The notes: a model not told the origin generated them from the sequence alone. A stretch of DNA of 64,000 nucleotides from an uncultured Actinomycetota bacterium (GCA_963809265.1 CAWEJC010000008.1:211550-275549); one strand, 5' to 3'. Positions 11,788-22,433 are shown, numbered from the stretch's first letter. Program-made: numbers and translations.

Positions 11788-14646
11788 TCAGGAGGAGCGA
11801 CCGCCGGCGAGCAGGGGTGCGAGGAACTGTCCGGTGTAGCTGCCGGCATCGGCCGCGACCTGCTCCGGCGTCCCCTCCGAGATCACGGTGCCGCCGCGCG
11901 ACCCGCCCTCGGGCCCCATGTCGATGATCCAGTCGGAGGTCTTGATCACGTCGAGGTTGTGCTCGATGACCAGGACGGTGTTGCCCTTGTCGACCAGGCT
12001 GGACAGGACGCCGAGGAGCTTGCGGATGTCCTCGAAGTGGAGGCCGGTGGTCGGCTCGTCGAGGACGTAGACGGTGCGGCCGGTGGACCGCTTCTGCAGC
12101 TCGCTGGAGAGCTTCACCCGCTGCGCCTCGCCCCCCGAGAGCGTCGTGGCCGGCTGCCCGAGCCGGACGTAGCCCAGCCCCACCTCGCAGAGCGTGACCA
12201 TGTGTCGCGAGATCGCGGGCACCGCGGCGAAGAACTCGGCGGCCTCCTCGATCGGCATGTCGAGGACCTCGGCGATGGTCTTGCCCTTGTAGTGCACCTC
12301 GAGCGTCTCGCGGTTGTAGCGGGCGCCGTGGCAGACCTCGCACGGGACGTAGACGTCGGGCAGGAAGTTCATCTCGATCTTGATCGTGCCGTCGCCCGAG
12401 CACGCCTCGCAGCGCCCGCCCTTGACGTTGAACGAGAACCGGCCCTGGAGGTAGCCCCGCATCTTCGCCTCGGGCGTCGAGGCGAACAGCTTGCGGATGT
12501 GGTCGAAGACCCCGGTGTAGGTCGCCGGGTTGCTGCGCGGCGTACGACCGATCGGCGACTGGTCGACGTGGATCACCTTGTCGACGTGGTCGAGCCCGTT
12601 GATCCGCTTGTGGCGGCCCGGGACCGCCCGGGCGTTGTAGATCTGCTTGGCCAGGCTGGTGTAGAGGATGTCGTTGACCAGGGTCGACTTGCCGGACCCG
12701 GAGACGCCCGTCACCGAGACGAACAGGCCGAGCGGGAACGAGACGTCGATGTCCTGGAGGTTGTGCTCGCGGGCGCCGACCACCTTGAGCTCGCGGCCCT
12801 TGGTGCGGGGACGCCGCACCTCCGGCACCGGGATCTCCCGGCGGCCGGACAGGTAGAGCCCGGTCAGCGAGTCGCGGTGCTTGAGCAGGCCCTTGACCGG
12901 ACCCGGAGTGGACGACCTGGCCGCCGTGCTCGCCGGCACCCGGGCCGATGTCGACGACCCAGTCGGCGGTGCGGATCGTCTCCTCGTCGTGCTCGACCAC
13001 GATCAGGGTGTTGCCGAGGTCCTTGAGCCGGACCAGGGTCTCGATCAGCCGCTGGTTGTCGCGCTGGTGGAGACCGATCGACGGCTCGTCGAGGACGTAG
13101 AGGACGCCGACCAGGCCCGCCCCGATCTGGGTGGCGAGCCGGATGCGCTGGGCCTCGCCGCCCGGAGAGCGAGCCGCTGGGCCGGTCGAGGGAGAGGTAG
13201 TCGAGGCCGACGTCGAGCAGGAAGTTCAGCCGCTCCTGGATCTCCTTCAGCACCCGCTCGCCGATCTGCCGCTCGCGGGCGGACAGGTCGAGGTCGCGCA
13301 GGAAGTCGGCCGTCTCGTTGATCGGCAGGTGCGCAGACCTCGGCGATCGACTTGCCGCCGATCGTGACCGCGAGGCTGACCGGCTTGAGCCGGCTGCCCT
13401 GGCACGCCGGGCACGGCACCTCGCGCATGAAGCCCTCGAACCGCTCGCGGCTCGTGTCGGACTCGGCCTCGCCGTGCCGGCGCTCGACGTAGGTGCGCAC
13501 GCCCTCGAACTCGGCGTAGTAGGCGCGCTGCCGGCCGTAGCGGTTGGTGGTGACGACGTGGACCTTGGTCGGGTGGCCGTCGAGCAGGCTCTTGCGGGCC
13601 TTGGCCGGCAGCTTGTCCCACGGGGTGTTGAGGTCGAAGCCGAGCTCCTCGCCGAGCGCCCCCATCAGCCGCAGGAAGTAGTCGGCGACGTGGGCCTGGC
13701 TCCAGGGCTGGATCGCGCCCTCGCCCAGGGTGGCCTGGGAGTCGGGGACGACGAGGTCGGGGTCGACCTCCATCCGGGTGCCGAGGCCGTGGCAGGTCGG
13801 GCAGGCGCCGAACGGGCTGTTGAACGAGAACGACCGCGGCTCGAGCTCGTCGGTGTCGAGGTCGTGGTCGTTGGGGCAGGCCATCCGCTCGGAGAACTTC
13901 ATCTCCCGGCCGGGGTCCTTCGCCGGCAGGTCGACGAAGTCGAGGATGACCAGACCGTTGGCCAGCCGCAGGGCGGTCTCGACGGAGTCGGTGAGCCGGC
14001 GCTTGGAGGACGCCTTCACGGCCAGCCGGTCGACGACCACCTCGATGGTGTGCTTCTTCTGCTTGTCGAGCTTGGGCGGGTCGTCGAGGGTGTGGGTCTC
14101 GCCGTCGACGCGCACGCGCGAGAAGCCGTCTGTCTGGAGCTGCCGGAAGAGCTCGACGTACTCGCCCTTGCGGCCACGGATGACCGGCGCCAGCACCTGG
14201 AAGCGGCGCCCTTCCTCGAGACCGAGGACGCGGTCGACGATCTGCTGCGGCGTCTGCCGCTCGATCGGCGATCCGCAGACCGGGCAGTGCGGCCGGCCGG
14301 CGCGCGCGTAGAGCAGACGCAGGTAGTCGTAGACCTCGGTGATCGTGCCGACGGTGGACCGAGGGTTCTTCGACGTGGACTTCTGGTCGATGCTCACCGC
14401 GGGCGAGAGCCCCTCGATGAAGTCGACGTCGGGCTTGTCCATCTGGCCGAGGAACTGGCGCGCGTACGCCGAGAGCGACTCGACGTAGCGCCGCTGACCC
14501 TCGGCGAAGATCGTGTCGAACGCCAGGCTGGACTTGCCCGAGCCCGACAGACCCGTGAACACGATCAGGGAGTCGCGCGGCAGGTCGAGCGAGATGTCCT
14601 TGAGGTTGTGCTCGCGGGCACCCCGGATGATGAGCTGGTCGGCCAC
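11788..14646 (-). CDS. uvrA: excinuclease ABC subunit A (three apparent frameshifts)
   Basis: [17 protein letters not shown], zinc fingers, second GVSGSGKST and [10 protein letters not shown]; pieces in ORFs 13045..14787, 12864..13253, 11723..13000 and 11788..12939; shifts near 13330, 13165, 12905. Confidence 0.95.
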
Positions 14647-14691
14647 TGCTGTCCTCGGGCTGGTCGTCTGGTTCGATGATCGTCGCGGTGT

Positions 14692-14707
14692 TCGAACACA
14701 TGTTCGC
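14692..14707. promoter_or_regulatory. LexA (SOS) box upstream of uvrA
   Basis: TCGAAC-ACAT-GTTCGC, one mismatch to the actinobacterial TCGAAC-N4-GTTCGA consensus. Confidence 0.8.
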
Positions 14708-14727
14708 TCGCACTCGCTGTCGGCGCA

Positions 14728-14749
14728 AGCCTGACACGGCCCACCGACA
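14728..14749 (-). promoter_or_regulatory. PafBC/RecA-NDp-type promoter of uvrA
   Basis: Minus strand TGTCGG-N10-CAGGCT. Confidence 0.7.
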
Positions 14750-14846
14750 GTCCCGATCCTATGCAGTCGAACCAGCGCCGGCCTCACCCCGAACGCGGTC
14801 GTCCGACCCGCGGGACGGTGTGGTGACGGTGGTGTTGGATGGGCGC

Positions 14847-15590
14847 ATGGCCACCGACCGCGTGCTGGCGACGGAGCTGCTCCACGGCGCCACGACGCGG
14901 CTGATCCGCGCCGTCGACGCCCTCGACGACGGCGACTGGACCTCGCCGTCGCTCCTGCCGCACTGGTCCCGCGCCCACGTGGTGGCCCACCTCGCGCTGA
15001 ACGCGGAAGGCATGGCCCGGGCGCTGCGCGCCGTCGTCGCCGACGAGGGCGGCGACCGCGAGGACGACGAGGTCGGGACGATGTACGACTCCGACGAGAA
15101 GCGCGACTCCGACATCGTCGCGCTGGCAGCCCGTCGACCGAGCGAGATCCGGGATCGGCTGCTCGGCGCCACGACCCGGCTCAACGACGCGATCGGAGCC
15201 GTGCCCGACGACGCCTGGGACACGCAGCTCGAGCGGACGCCGGGCGGCCGCGTGGTCCGGGCCCGGGCGTTCCCGGGGATGCGACTGACCGAGCTCGAGA
15301 TCCATCACGCCGACCTCGGCACGTCGTACACGCCGTCCGACTGGTCGACGACGTTCGCCGGCGTCCTGCTCGACTCGATGGCGCGCCGTCCGGACCTGCC
15401 CGGCCCGTTCGAGGTGGCCCCGCTCGACCTGCCGGGGCGACGGTGGCGCTTCGGTGCCGAAGACGACGGCCCGGACGTCCCCGTCGTGACCGGTCCCGCC
15501 GGCGACCTCGGCTGGTGGCTGACCGGGCGCCCCGCCCCGGACACCCTGTCCTGCTCGCGCGGCGAGCTCCCCTCGATCGAAGGTTGGTGA
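14847..15590 (+). CDS. mycothiol-dependent maleylpyruvate isomerase family (DinB-like) protein
   Basis: [34 protein letters not shown]-terminal WWLTGR. Confidence 0.85.
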   Translation: MATDRVLATELLHGATTRLIRAVDALDDGDWTSPSLLPHWSRAHVVAHLALNAEGMARALRAVVADEGGDREDDEVGTMYDSDEKRDSDIVALAARRPSEIRDRLLGATTRLNDAIGAVPDDAWDTQLERTPGGRVVRARAFPGMRLTELEIHHADLGTSYTPSDWSTTFAGVLLDSMARRPDLPGPFEVAPLDLPGRRWRFGAEDDGPDVPVVTGPAGDLGWWLTGRPAPDTLSCSRGELPSIEGW

Positions 15591-15593
15591 CCC

Positions 15594-16277
15594 GTGAGCG
15601 CTCCGAGCAGCTACACCGGTGAGGTCTCCCCCGGCGGCGACCCGCAGTCCCGGACCGCGGGGTCGCTGGAGATCACGAAGGTCGCCGTCGACCCGCAGAT
15701 GTCCAACAACTGCTATCTCCTGCGCTGCACCGACACCGGCGACCAGGTGCTGGTCGACGCCGCCGACGACGCGCCGCGCCTGCTGGAGCTGATCGGCGAC
15801 GGCGGGCTCACCGCAGTCGTCACCACCCACCAGCACTGGGACCACCACCGGGCACTGGCCGAGGTGGTGCAGGCCACCGGCGCCGTCGTGGTCGCCGGCG
15901 AGCCCGACGCCGACGCGATCACCGAGCAGACCGGGGTCGCCGTCGACCAGCGGGTCGGTGAGGGCGACCGCATCGCGGTCGGCACCTGCTCGCTCGTGGT
16001 CATCCCGGTCGCCGGCCACACGCCGGGCTCGATCTGCCTCGTGTACGACGACGGGTCCGGTCGACCGCACCTCTTCACCGGCGACTCGCTCTTCCCCGGC
16101 GGCGTCGGCAACACCCAGGGCGACGCCGACCGGTTCCACCAGCTGATCGACGACGTCTCGACGCGCCTGTTCGACGCGCTCCCCGACGAGACCTGGTTCT
16201 ACCCCGGCCACGGCGACGACTCGACCCTCGGGGTCGAGCGACCCCACCTCGACGAGTGGCGCGACCGGGGCTGGTGA
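15594..16277 (+). CDS. MBL-fold metallo-hydrolase
   Basis: THQHWDHH, GHTPGS, FTGDSLF, YPGHG. Confidence 0.92.
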   Translation: MSAPSSYTGEVSPGGDPQSRTAGSLEITKVAVDPQMSNNCYLLRCTDTGDQVLVDAADDAPRLLELIGDGGLTAVVTTHQHWDHHRALAEVVQATGAVVVAGEPDADAITEQTGVAVDQRVGEGDRIAVGTCSLVVIPVAGHTPGSICLVYDDGSGRPHLFTGDSLFPGGVGNTQGDADRFHQLIDDVSTRLFDALPDETWFYPGHGDDSTLGVERPHLDEWRDRGW

Positions 16278-16284
16278 GCAGGCC

Positions 16285-16911
16285 GTGAGCGGCGGCGGCT
16301 TCACCCCCACCCGGGGCTTCACCGGGCGACGTCGGCCTGAGCGACCGGGCCGCCTGCCGCCGGGGCAGTACGACACCGGCTCCGACTGGCCCACGCTGAC
16401 CGCCGAGGTCACTCCCCACCTCGATCCGGAGCAGTGGACGATGACCGTCGACGGGCTCGTCGGGTCACCGACCACGTGGACCTGGCGGGAGATCCACGCG
16501 CTGCCGGGGTCGACGTACTTCGGCGACATCCACTGCGTGACCACCTGGTCGATGCTCGACACGACCTTCGCTGGGGTCAGCGTCGACACCCTGCTCGAGA
16601 TCGCCCGGCCGGCTCCGGACGCGGCGTACGTGATGGCGCACTCGACGACCGGCTACACGACGAACCTCCCGCTCGACGACGTCACCGGTGGGAAGGCGTG
16701 GGTCGTCTGGGAGTACGACGGGCGCCGGTTGCCGGTGGAGCACGGCGGTCCGGTGCGGCTGCTCGTGCCGCACCTCTACTTCTGGAAGTCGGCCAAGTGG
16801 GTGACCCGGCTCGAGGTGATGGCGAGCGACCGACCCGGGTTCTGGGAGCAGAACGGCTACCACGACCGCGGCGACCCGTGGCTCGAGCAGCGCTACCAGG
16901 GCGACCCGTGA
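16285..16911 (+). CDS. sulfite oxidase-like molybdopterin oxidoreductase (cytoplasmic)
   Basis: RLPPGQY, DIHCVTTWS (Mo-ligand Cys), EHGGPVRLLVPHLYFWKSAKW, GFWEQNGYH; no signal peptide. Confidence 0.9.
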   Translation: MSGGGFTPTRGFTGRRRPERPGRLPPGQYDTGSDWPTLTAEVTPHLDPEQWTMTVDGLVGSPTTWTWREIHALPGSTYFGDIHCVTTWSMLDTTFAGVSVDTLLEIARPAPDAAYVMAHSTTGYTTNLPLDDVTGGKAWVVWEYDGRRLPVEHGGPVRLLVPHLYFWKSAKWVTRLEVMASDRPGFWEQNGYHDRGDPWLEQRYQGDP

Positions 16912-17648
16912 GCGCGCTCCCCGACGTACCACCGAGCGACGCGTCGTCGAGCGACCGACAGCCGACCACCACCTGGACCACCGCGCGGGTCGCCGAGGTG
17001 GAGCGGATCGCGGACCGGCTGGTGCGGCTGCGGCTCGCGCCGTCCGCCTGGACGCCCGGGCTGCCCGGTCAGCACGGCATCGTCCGGCTCCGCGCCGAGG
17101 ACGGCTACACGGCGCAGCGCTCCTACTCCCTCGCCTCCGACCCGGCCGACCCCCAGGTCGAGCTGATGGTCGAGTGCCTCCCGGGCGGCGAGGTGTCCGG
17201 GTTCCTCCACGACGAGGTCCGGGTGGGCGACGTCCTGGAGCTTCGCGGGCCCATCGGTGGCTGGTTCACCTGGACCGGCGACGTCACCGCGGTCGCGATC
17301 GGGGGCGGCACGGGGGTCGTGCCGTTGGTGGCGATGCAGCGGTACGCCGCGCGGCTGGGCCTCGCGGACCGGCTCCGCGTCGTGGCCGTCGGCCGGACCC
17401 TGGCCGAGCTCCCCTACTCCCGCGAGCTGCTCGACGCCGGCGCCTTCGTGGCGCTCACCCGCGAGAACCTCGGCAGCCGCGTCGCCGCTCCGCCGTACCC
17501 CTCGGAGCTCGAGCCGCTGGTGCGCGACGTCGAGCGTGCGTACGTCTGCGGCTCCGTCGGCTTCGCGTCGTACGCCACCCGGCTCCTGGGCGAGGTGGGG
17601 GTCCGGACGGACGCGATCCGGGTCGAGCAGTTCGGCGCGACGGGGTAG
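16908..17648 (+). CDS. FAD/NAD(P)-binding oxidoreductase (FNR-like)
   Basis: PGQH, RSYSLAS, GEVSGFL, RGPIG, GGTGVVP, YVCGS, EQFG; GTGA overlap with the previous gene. Confidence 0.88.
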   Translation: MSALPDVPPSDASSSDRQPTTTWTTARVAEVERIADRLVRLRLAPSAWTPGLPGQHGIVRLRAEDGYTAQRSYSLASDPADPQVELMVECLPGGEVSGFLHDEVRVGDVLELRGPIGGWFTWTGDVTAVAIGGGTGVVPLVAMQRYAARLGLADRLRVVAVGRTLAELPYSRELLDAGAFVALTRENLGSRVAAPPYPSELEPLVRDVERAYVCGSVGFASYATRLLGEVGVRTDAIRVEQFGATG

Positions 17649-17661
17649 CCGCCGGCAGACC

Positions 17662-18163
17662 TCAGGCGCGCAGGACCGCCCGCACCACCGCGTCGGCACC
17701 GGTGCCGACGACGGCCCTGGGCCGCTCTTCGGCGACAACGATCTGCCAGTGGTCGGGGTCGAGCGCCCCGACGGCCTCCCCGACCGTCACCTGGACCTGA
17801 CCCGCGGCGGGCGTCGGCTCACCCGTGGCCGGGTCGACCGGGAGGTGGCCGACGAGGAAGAGGGTGCCGCCGGGGGCGACGCCGCCGGCGAGTCGGGTCA
17901 CCCTCTCGGGGACCGAGCCGTCGACGTGCACGTAGAGAGAGGTGACGAGGTCGAACGCGCCGGCCGGCGGCGTCCAGCTCCCGAGGTCACCCTCGACCCA
18001 GTCGATGCGCTCGGCCACCTCGTCTCCGACGGCCGCGGCCGTCGTCCGAGCGAGCTCGAGGGCGGCCGCGGAGAAGTCGACCCCGGTGACCCGCCACCCC
18101 GACGAGGCCAGCCAGATCGCCTCGGCGCCGTGCCCGCAGCCGGCATCCAGGGCGCGACCGGTG
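17662..18163 (-). pseudogene. class I SAM-dependent methyltransferase lacking its N-terminus
   Basis: GRALDAGCGHGAEAIWLASSGWRVTGVDFS...FDLVTSLYVH...APGGTL begins right at the FG-GAP stop; no start codon or leader visible. Confidence 0.6.
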
Positions 18164-19930
18164 TCAGGGCGCGGTGGCCGGGCCCGTCCCGTTGCGGAGC
18201 AGGTTGCCGCGCCCGGTCGGCCAGGGCAGACACGCGGTGCCCGAGCCCGGGACCGTGTAGACGTCGACCCCGTGGTCGATCGTGGTGAGCACGATCTCGA
18301 GCGTGCCGTTCCCGGTGAGGTCGCCGATGGACGGTGCCGCGGCCACGCCGATCCCGTTGCCGTCGTACGCCTGGTGTCGCAGCCGGGTGACCGAGAGCTT
18401 CTTCCCGTGGGCCGACAGGACGAACAGGCGTCCGGCGCCGCGGTGAAGCGCATAGGTGCCGAAGACCAGCTCGGGAGTGCCGTCCCGGTTCAGGTCCGCC
18501 GCGACGACCTCCGACGCAAACGTCTTCGAACGCCGCGGTGCGTACTGGAACGACCAGAGCCGGTGACCGTTCGGCCCGACGGCGTACACCTTGCCGCCGG
18601 GGACGGCCGCAACGATCTCGGGCCGGCGGCTGCCGACGAGGTCCACGACAGTCGGCGCGGGGATGCCGCTCGGCGGGTACCAGTCGCCGTCCGGTCGGTA
18701 GACCGGGTGGTTGGTCATCGGGAGCGTCTCGAAGCCACGGTGGCGTCGTGCGGAGCGGCTGCCGTCGCCGTACGCCCCGTCCAGCGCCATGAACGCGTAG
18801 CCCTGGGTGCGGTAGGGGATGTGCCGCTCGACGTTGGGCAGCCCGATCACCTCGTTGCGGCCGTCGCCGTCGAGGTCGGCCACCGCAGGCGGCGACGCGG
18901 TCCACTGCAGCCAGGCCTGGTGCGCCGGGCTGGGCCAGGCGCCGGTGTGGCGGTGGTACTGACGCTGCTCGACGCGTGGGTCGGCCCACCTGATGAACTG
19001 CCCCCAGCCCATCCTGCGGCCGGCGGCGTTCGACTCCCGGTTGGTGAACCACTTCGAGGCCAGGATCGAGGTGCCGTCGTCGTTGAAGGCGTTGATCTGG
19101 TGGTTGTCGAACGTGGTGATGATCTCCAGGTCGGGGTCGTTGTCGATGTTCCCGATGGCGACGTTCTCGCCGTAGGCGCCGTAGCCGTGGTTGCCGACCT
19201 TGTTGAAGTGCAGGTCGTTGCCCTTCCCGCCCAGCCGGTTGTAGCGCGGCCAGGCCGGCCGGTGGCCGCCCCGCGGCTGGAAGAGCTTGCCCCGGGCGTT
19301 GAAGACGAAGACCTGCGCGCCCGTCGGTGAGGTGTTCGTGGTCGTCGCGACCACCTCGACTCGACCGTCGTGGTTCAGGTCGGCGGCCGCCAGCCCACGC
19401 ACCTCCGGCGACTGCCCACCGCTCCGGACCGACGCCGGCCAGCCACGCTTCAGGTGCAGCCGGCCATGTCGGAACGTGTACGCCGCCACCGAGCCCGAGC
19501 CTCCGACCACGATGTCGGGGATCCCGTCACCCTCGAGATCGGTGACCACCTCCGGCGCGTACACCCGCCCCTCGGTCGCACTCCCCCGGCCCAGCTGGTG
19601 CCCCTTCGCGTCGAACACGAACGTCGAGTAGAAGGGCGCCACGATCTCCTTCCGCCCGTCGTGGTCGAGATCCACCAGCCCGGGCGAGGCGAACCAGCCG
19701 GTCTCCCCCGTGGCGATCCGACGGACGAACTGCGGTCGCCGGACGGGATGTGTCCGACCGTGGGCGGCGCACGAGGTGGTCGCTGCCTGCAGCGCGTCGT
19801 CGACCGTGGCGTTGAAGGACGCCCTGGCGTTGACCGACGCCGTGGCGTGCGGCGATGCCGTGGCGTGGGCCGATGCGCCGGCGACCAGCAGCCCACCGAG
19901 CGAGAGGACGAGAGCGCGAGACAGCCGCAT
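18164..19930 (-). CDS. secreted FG-GAP/VCBS repeat beta-propeller protein
   Basis: Signal peptide; repeated DLDHDGRKEIV, DLEGDGIPDIV, DLNHDGRVEVV, DLDGDGRNEVI, DLNRDGTPELV; TAGGGT -10 six nt before the ATG. Confidence 0.85.
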   Translation of the reverse strand: MRLSRALVLSLGGLLVAGASAHATASPHATASVNARASFNATVDDALQAATTSCAAHGRTHPVRRPQFVRRIATGETGWFASPGLVDLDHDGRKEIVAPFYSTFVFDAKGHQLGRGSATEGRVYAPEVVTDLEGDGIPDIVVGGSGSVAAYTFRHGRLHLKRGWPASVRSGGQSPEVRGLAAADLNHDGRVEVVATTTNTSPTGAQVFVFNARGKLFQPRGGHRPAWPRYNRLGGKGNDLHFNKVGNHGYGAYGENVAIGNIDNDPDLEIITTFDNHQINAFNDDGTSILASKWFTNRESNAAGRRMGWGQFIRWADPRVEQRQYHRHTGAWPSPAHQAWLQWTASPPAVADLDGDGRNEVIGLPNVERHIPYRTQGYAFMALDGAYGDGSRSARRHRGFETLPMTNHPVYRPDGDWYPPSGIPAPTVVDLVGSRRPEIVAAVPGGKVYAVGPNGHRLWSFQYAPRRSKTFASEVVAADLNRDGTPELVFGTYALHRGAGRLFVLSAHGKKLSVTRLRHQAYDGNGIGVAAAPSIGDLTGNGTLEIVLTTIDHGVDVYTVPGSGTACLPWPTGRGNLLRNGTGPATAP

Positions 19931-19970
19931 GTCGGGACCCTACCGACATCACCGGGTCGCACGTCGTCGC

Positions 19971-21223
19971 TCACGTGCGGCGGGTGTAGCGGACGGCGCC
20001 GGTGGGGAGTCGTCGTTGGTCGTAGGTGGGGTCGTGGGCGCGGTGGTGGTGGAAGGTGCAGAGCAACATGCCGTCGTCGAGGTCGGTCTTGCCGCCTTGG
20101 GACCAGGGTTCTCGGTGGTGGTGGGCTTCGCACCAGGCGGCGGGGATGTCGCAGCCCTCGGCCCGGCAGTGGCGGTCGCGGATCGCGAGGGCTTTGCGTT
20201 GGGCGGGTGAGAAGAGGCGTCGGGTGCGGCCGAGGTCGAGGATCTCGGATCGTCCGCCGAGGACGACGGGCAGGATGCCGGCGGTGCAGGCCAGGCGTCG
20301 GGCCTCGGCGGCGGTGATGGTGTCGCCGGTCGACGTCTCGGCCAGCCCGAGCCCGAGGTCGTTCTTGAGGGTGTGGAGGTCGATGGTGACCATCACCGAG
20401 GTCGCGGTCCCGCCATGGGACGGGAGCCCGTCGGCGGGGATGTGTTCGAGGAGGGCGCAGAACGCCTCACCCCGACGCCGGCTCAACGGCAGCTGGTCGA
20501 CGTCGGAGTCCAGCGACGGGAGCCGGCGGGGTGAGGTGTAGGCGTCCAGGTAGGCCCGCAGCCGGGAGGCGACGTGGTCGGGGAGCCGGGCGTACAGGTC
20601 GGTGGACCCGTCGCCGCGGGGCCGGAACGACAGCCTGGTCGCGGCCCGGGCCCGCGCTTCTTCAGCGGCGAGGGCTCGGGCTTCGTGCTGGTCGGCGACG
20701 TCGGGTGCGATCACCTCGAGCAGTCCGTGGCCGAGCCGGCGGAGTGCTTGTGGGGTCGAAGTGACCGGCCTCCCCGAGCAGGTGCGCCTCCGCCTTCGCC
20801 CTGAGCTCGGGGTCGAGATCGGCGGGTAGCTCGTCGAGCGAACTGGACCAGGACGCCGGCTTGCTCCCAGGTGACCTGCGCCGGACAAGACCGCGTCTCC
20901 GACGCCTGGCCACCGGTCCCGCAGGGCGACGCCGAGGTGTTCGTCGTGAGCCGCTTCGCGGCGGGAGGTACGGGTCTCGACCGCCAGCCACGCACCGGCG
21001 GTCCGGGCGCCGGACTCCAACGCCAGGTCGCCCCGACCGCGAGGACCTGCGCCCGTAGTGCGGTCACGCGTGCCGACAACCGGGTCAGCTCGACCAGCAG
21101 TGCTTTCTGGTCGCTGATCGGGGCGAACAGCGGGTCCACCCCGGTCGCCTCGTCGAGCGCCACACCCGCCGCGTGCACGGCCGCGAGCAGCGGGTGCTCG
21201 CGGTGCGGAGTGGTGATCGACAT
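19971..21223 (-). CDS. DUF222 / HNH endonuclease (13E12-like), frameshifted
   Basis: ARRLACTAGILPVVLG, LDLGRTRRLFSPAQRKALAIRDRHCRAEGC, CEAHH, LLCTFHH; N-terminal pieces in ORFs 20711..21223 and 20662..20991. Confidence 0.88.
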
Positions 21224-21229
21224 AGGACC

Positions 21230-21251
21230 ATCGAAGCACCACCCACCGACA
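21230..21251 (-). promoter_or_regulatory. PafBC/RecA-NDp-like promoter of the HNH gene
   Basis: Minus strand TGTCGG-N10-TTCGAT, 6 nt before the ATG; the -10 is imperfect. Confidence 0.55.
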
Positions 21252-21271
21252 CTCAGACCGTCAGAATCCCC

Positions 21272-21280
21272 TTATCCACA
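21272..21280 (+). promoter_or_regulatory. consensus DnaA box
   Basis: TTATCCACA, an AT-rich 9-mer in a GC-rich background. Confidence 0.45.
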
Positions 21281-21314
21281 AGGGTCCTGAGAACTCGAGT
21301 CCTCAGAGCGAGCG

Positions 21315-21571
21315 ACCGCGGTATCGCCGGGTTCACGGGCGCAGAGCGCCTCCTCAGGGGCTGGCGCCTGTCACGAGACCGGCGCCCTCGACTCCGCTCA
21401 ACCACCGGGGCTCCTCTCAACCACCGCGGTATCGCCCGGGTTTCGTGACGGGCGCAGAGCGCCCTCCTCAACCACCGGAGAACGGCCAGCGCCTCCTGCT
21501 CCACCACCGGGGCCCGCGCCTCGCCGTTGGTCGAGGAAGGCGCTCTGCGCCTGTCACGAGACCAGGCGCCC
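21315..21571. repeat. REP/BIME-like cluster
   Basis: GGTTTCGTGACGGGCGCAGAGCGCCCTCCTCAACCACC (21439-21476), inverted copy 21529-21563, degenerate copies 21315-21387, repeated CTCAACCACC. Confidence 0.8.
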
Positions 21572-21578
21572 GCCACGC

Positions 21579-22379
21579 TCAATCCGCGGAGGAACCCAGC
21601 CCGTCCAGGGCGGTCATGTCGTCGTCGGACAGCTCGAAGCCGGCGACGTCGGCGTTCGAGCGGATCCGCTCGGGGTTCACCGACTTGGGGATGACGACGA
21701 ACCCGTGCTGGAGGTGCCAGCGGACGATCACCTGGGCCGTGGTCCGGCCGAGCCGGTCGGCGACCGCCGTGATCGTCGGGTGGTCGAGGGTGCCGCCGCG
21801 CAGCGCGCTGTACCCCTCGAGGACGACGTCGCGCTCGCGGTGCTCGGCGACGGTCCTGGCGTCGTAGAGCAACGGGCTCCACTCGATCTGGTTGACCGCC
21901 GGTCGCACGCCCGTCGCGTCGGTGACCTCGTCGAGGAGCCCGGCGTCGAAGTTGCTGACCCCGATCTCGCGGGCGAGCCCGGACTCGCGGGCCTCGACGA
22001 ACTCGCGCCAGAGCTCGACGTTGGCCGAGCCGTCGCCGGGCCAGTGGACGAGCCAGAGGTCGACGTGGTCGGTCCTCAGCAGGTCGAGGCTCGCCCGCAG
22101 GGTCTCGAGGGCACGGCCCGCGTTGCTCGGTGGGCACTTCGTGGTGACGAACACGTCGTCGCGGGACACGCCGCTCTCGGCCAGGCCGCGCCCGACCTCG
22201 CCCTCGTTGCGGTAGACGGTCGCGGTGTCCAGGTGGCGGTACCCCGCTCCGAGCGCCGCCTCCACCGCCCGCACGGCGTCGTCACCCTTGATCTGCCAGG
22301 TGCCGAAGCCGAGGAGCGGCATCGACGAGCCCTGCGCGAGGGTCGCAGCCTGGTCCGGGATCCGGGGAGAGTCGTTCAT
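21579..22379 (-). CDS. aldo/keto reductase
   Basis: LGFGTWQ, GYRHLDTATVY, VFVTTK, LVHWP, IGVSNF, NQIE, IPKS. Confidence 0.94.
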   Translation of the reverse strand: MNDSPRIPDQAATLAQGSSMPLLGFGTWQIKGDDAVRAVEAALGAGYRHLDTATVYRNEGEVGRGLAESGVSRDDVFVTTKCPPSNAGRALETLRASLDLLRTDHVDLWLVHWPGDGSANVELWREFVEARESGLAREIGVSNFDAGLLDEVTDATGVRPAVNQIEWSPLLYDARTVAEHRERDVVLEGYSALRGGTLDHPTITAVADRLGRTTAQVIVRWHLQHGFVVIPKSVNPERIRSNADVAGFELSDDDMTALDGLGSSAD

Positions 22380-22433
22380 GCTCGCGAGCGTAGCCAGCGG
22401 GCCCGAGATCCCCGCCGGCCGCCTCCGTCCGGG

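Noticed and set aside
11788-14646. Programmed frameshifting or pseudogenisation of uvrA
   Set aside because: No slippery sites were seen, and similar indels are scattered across many unrelated genes.
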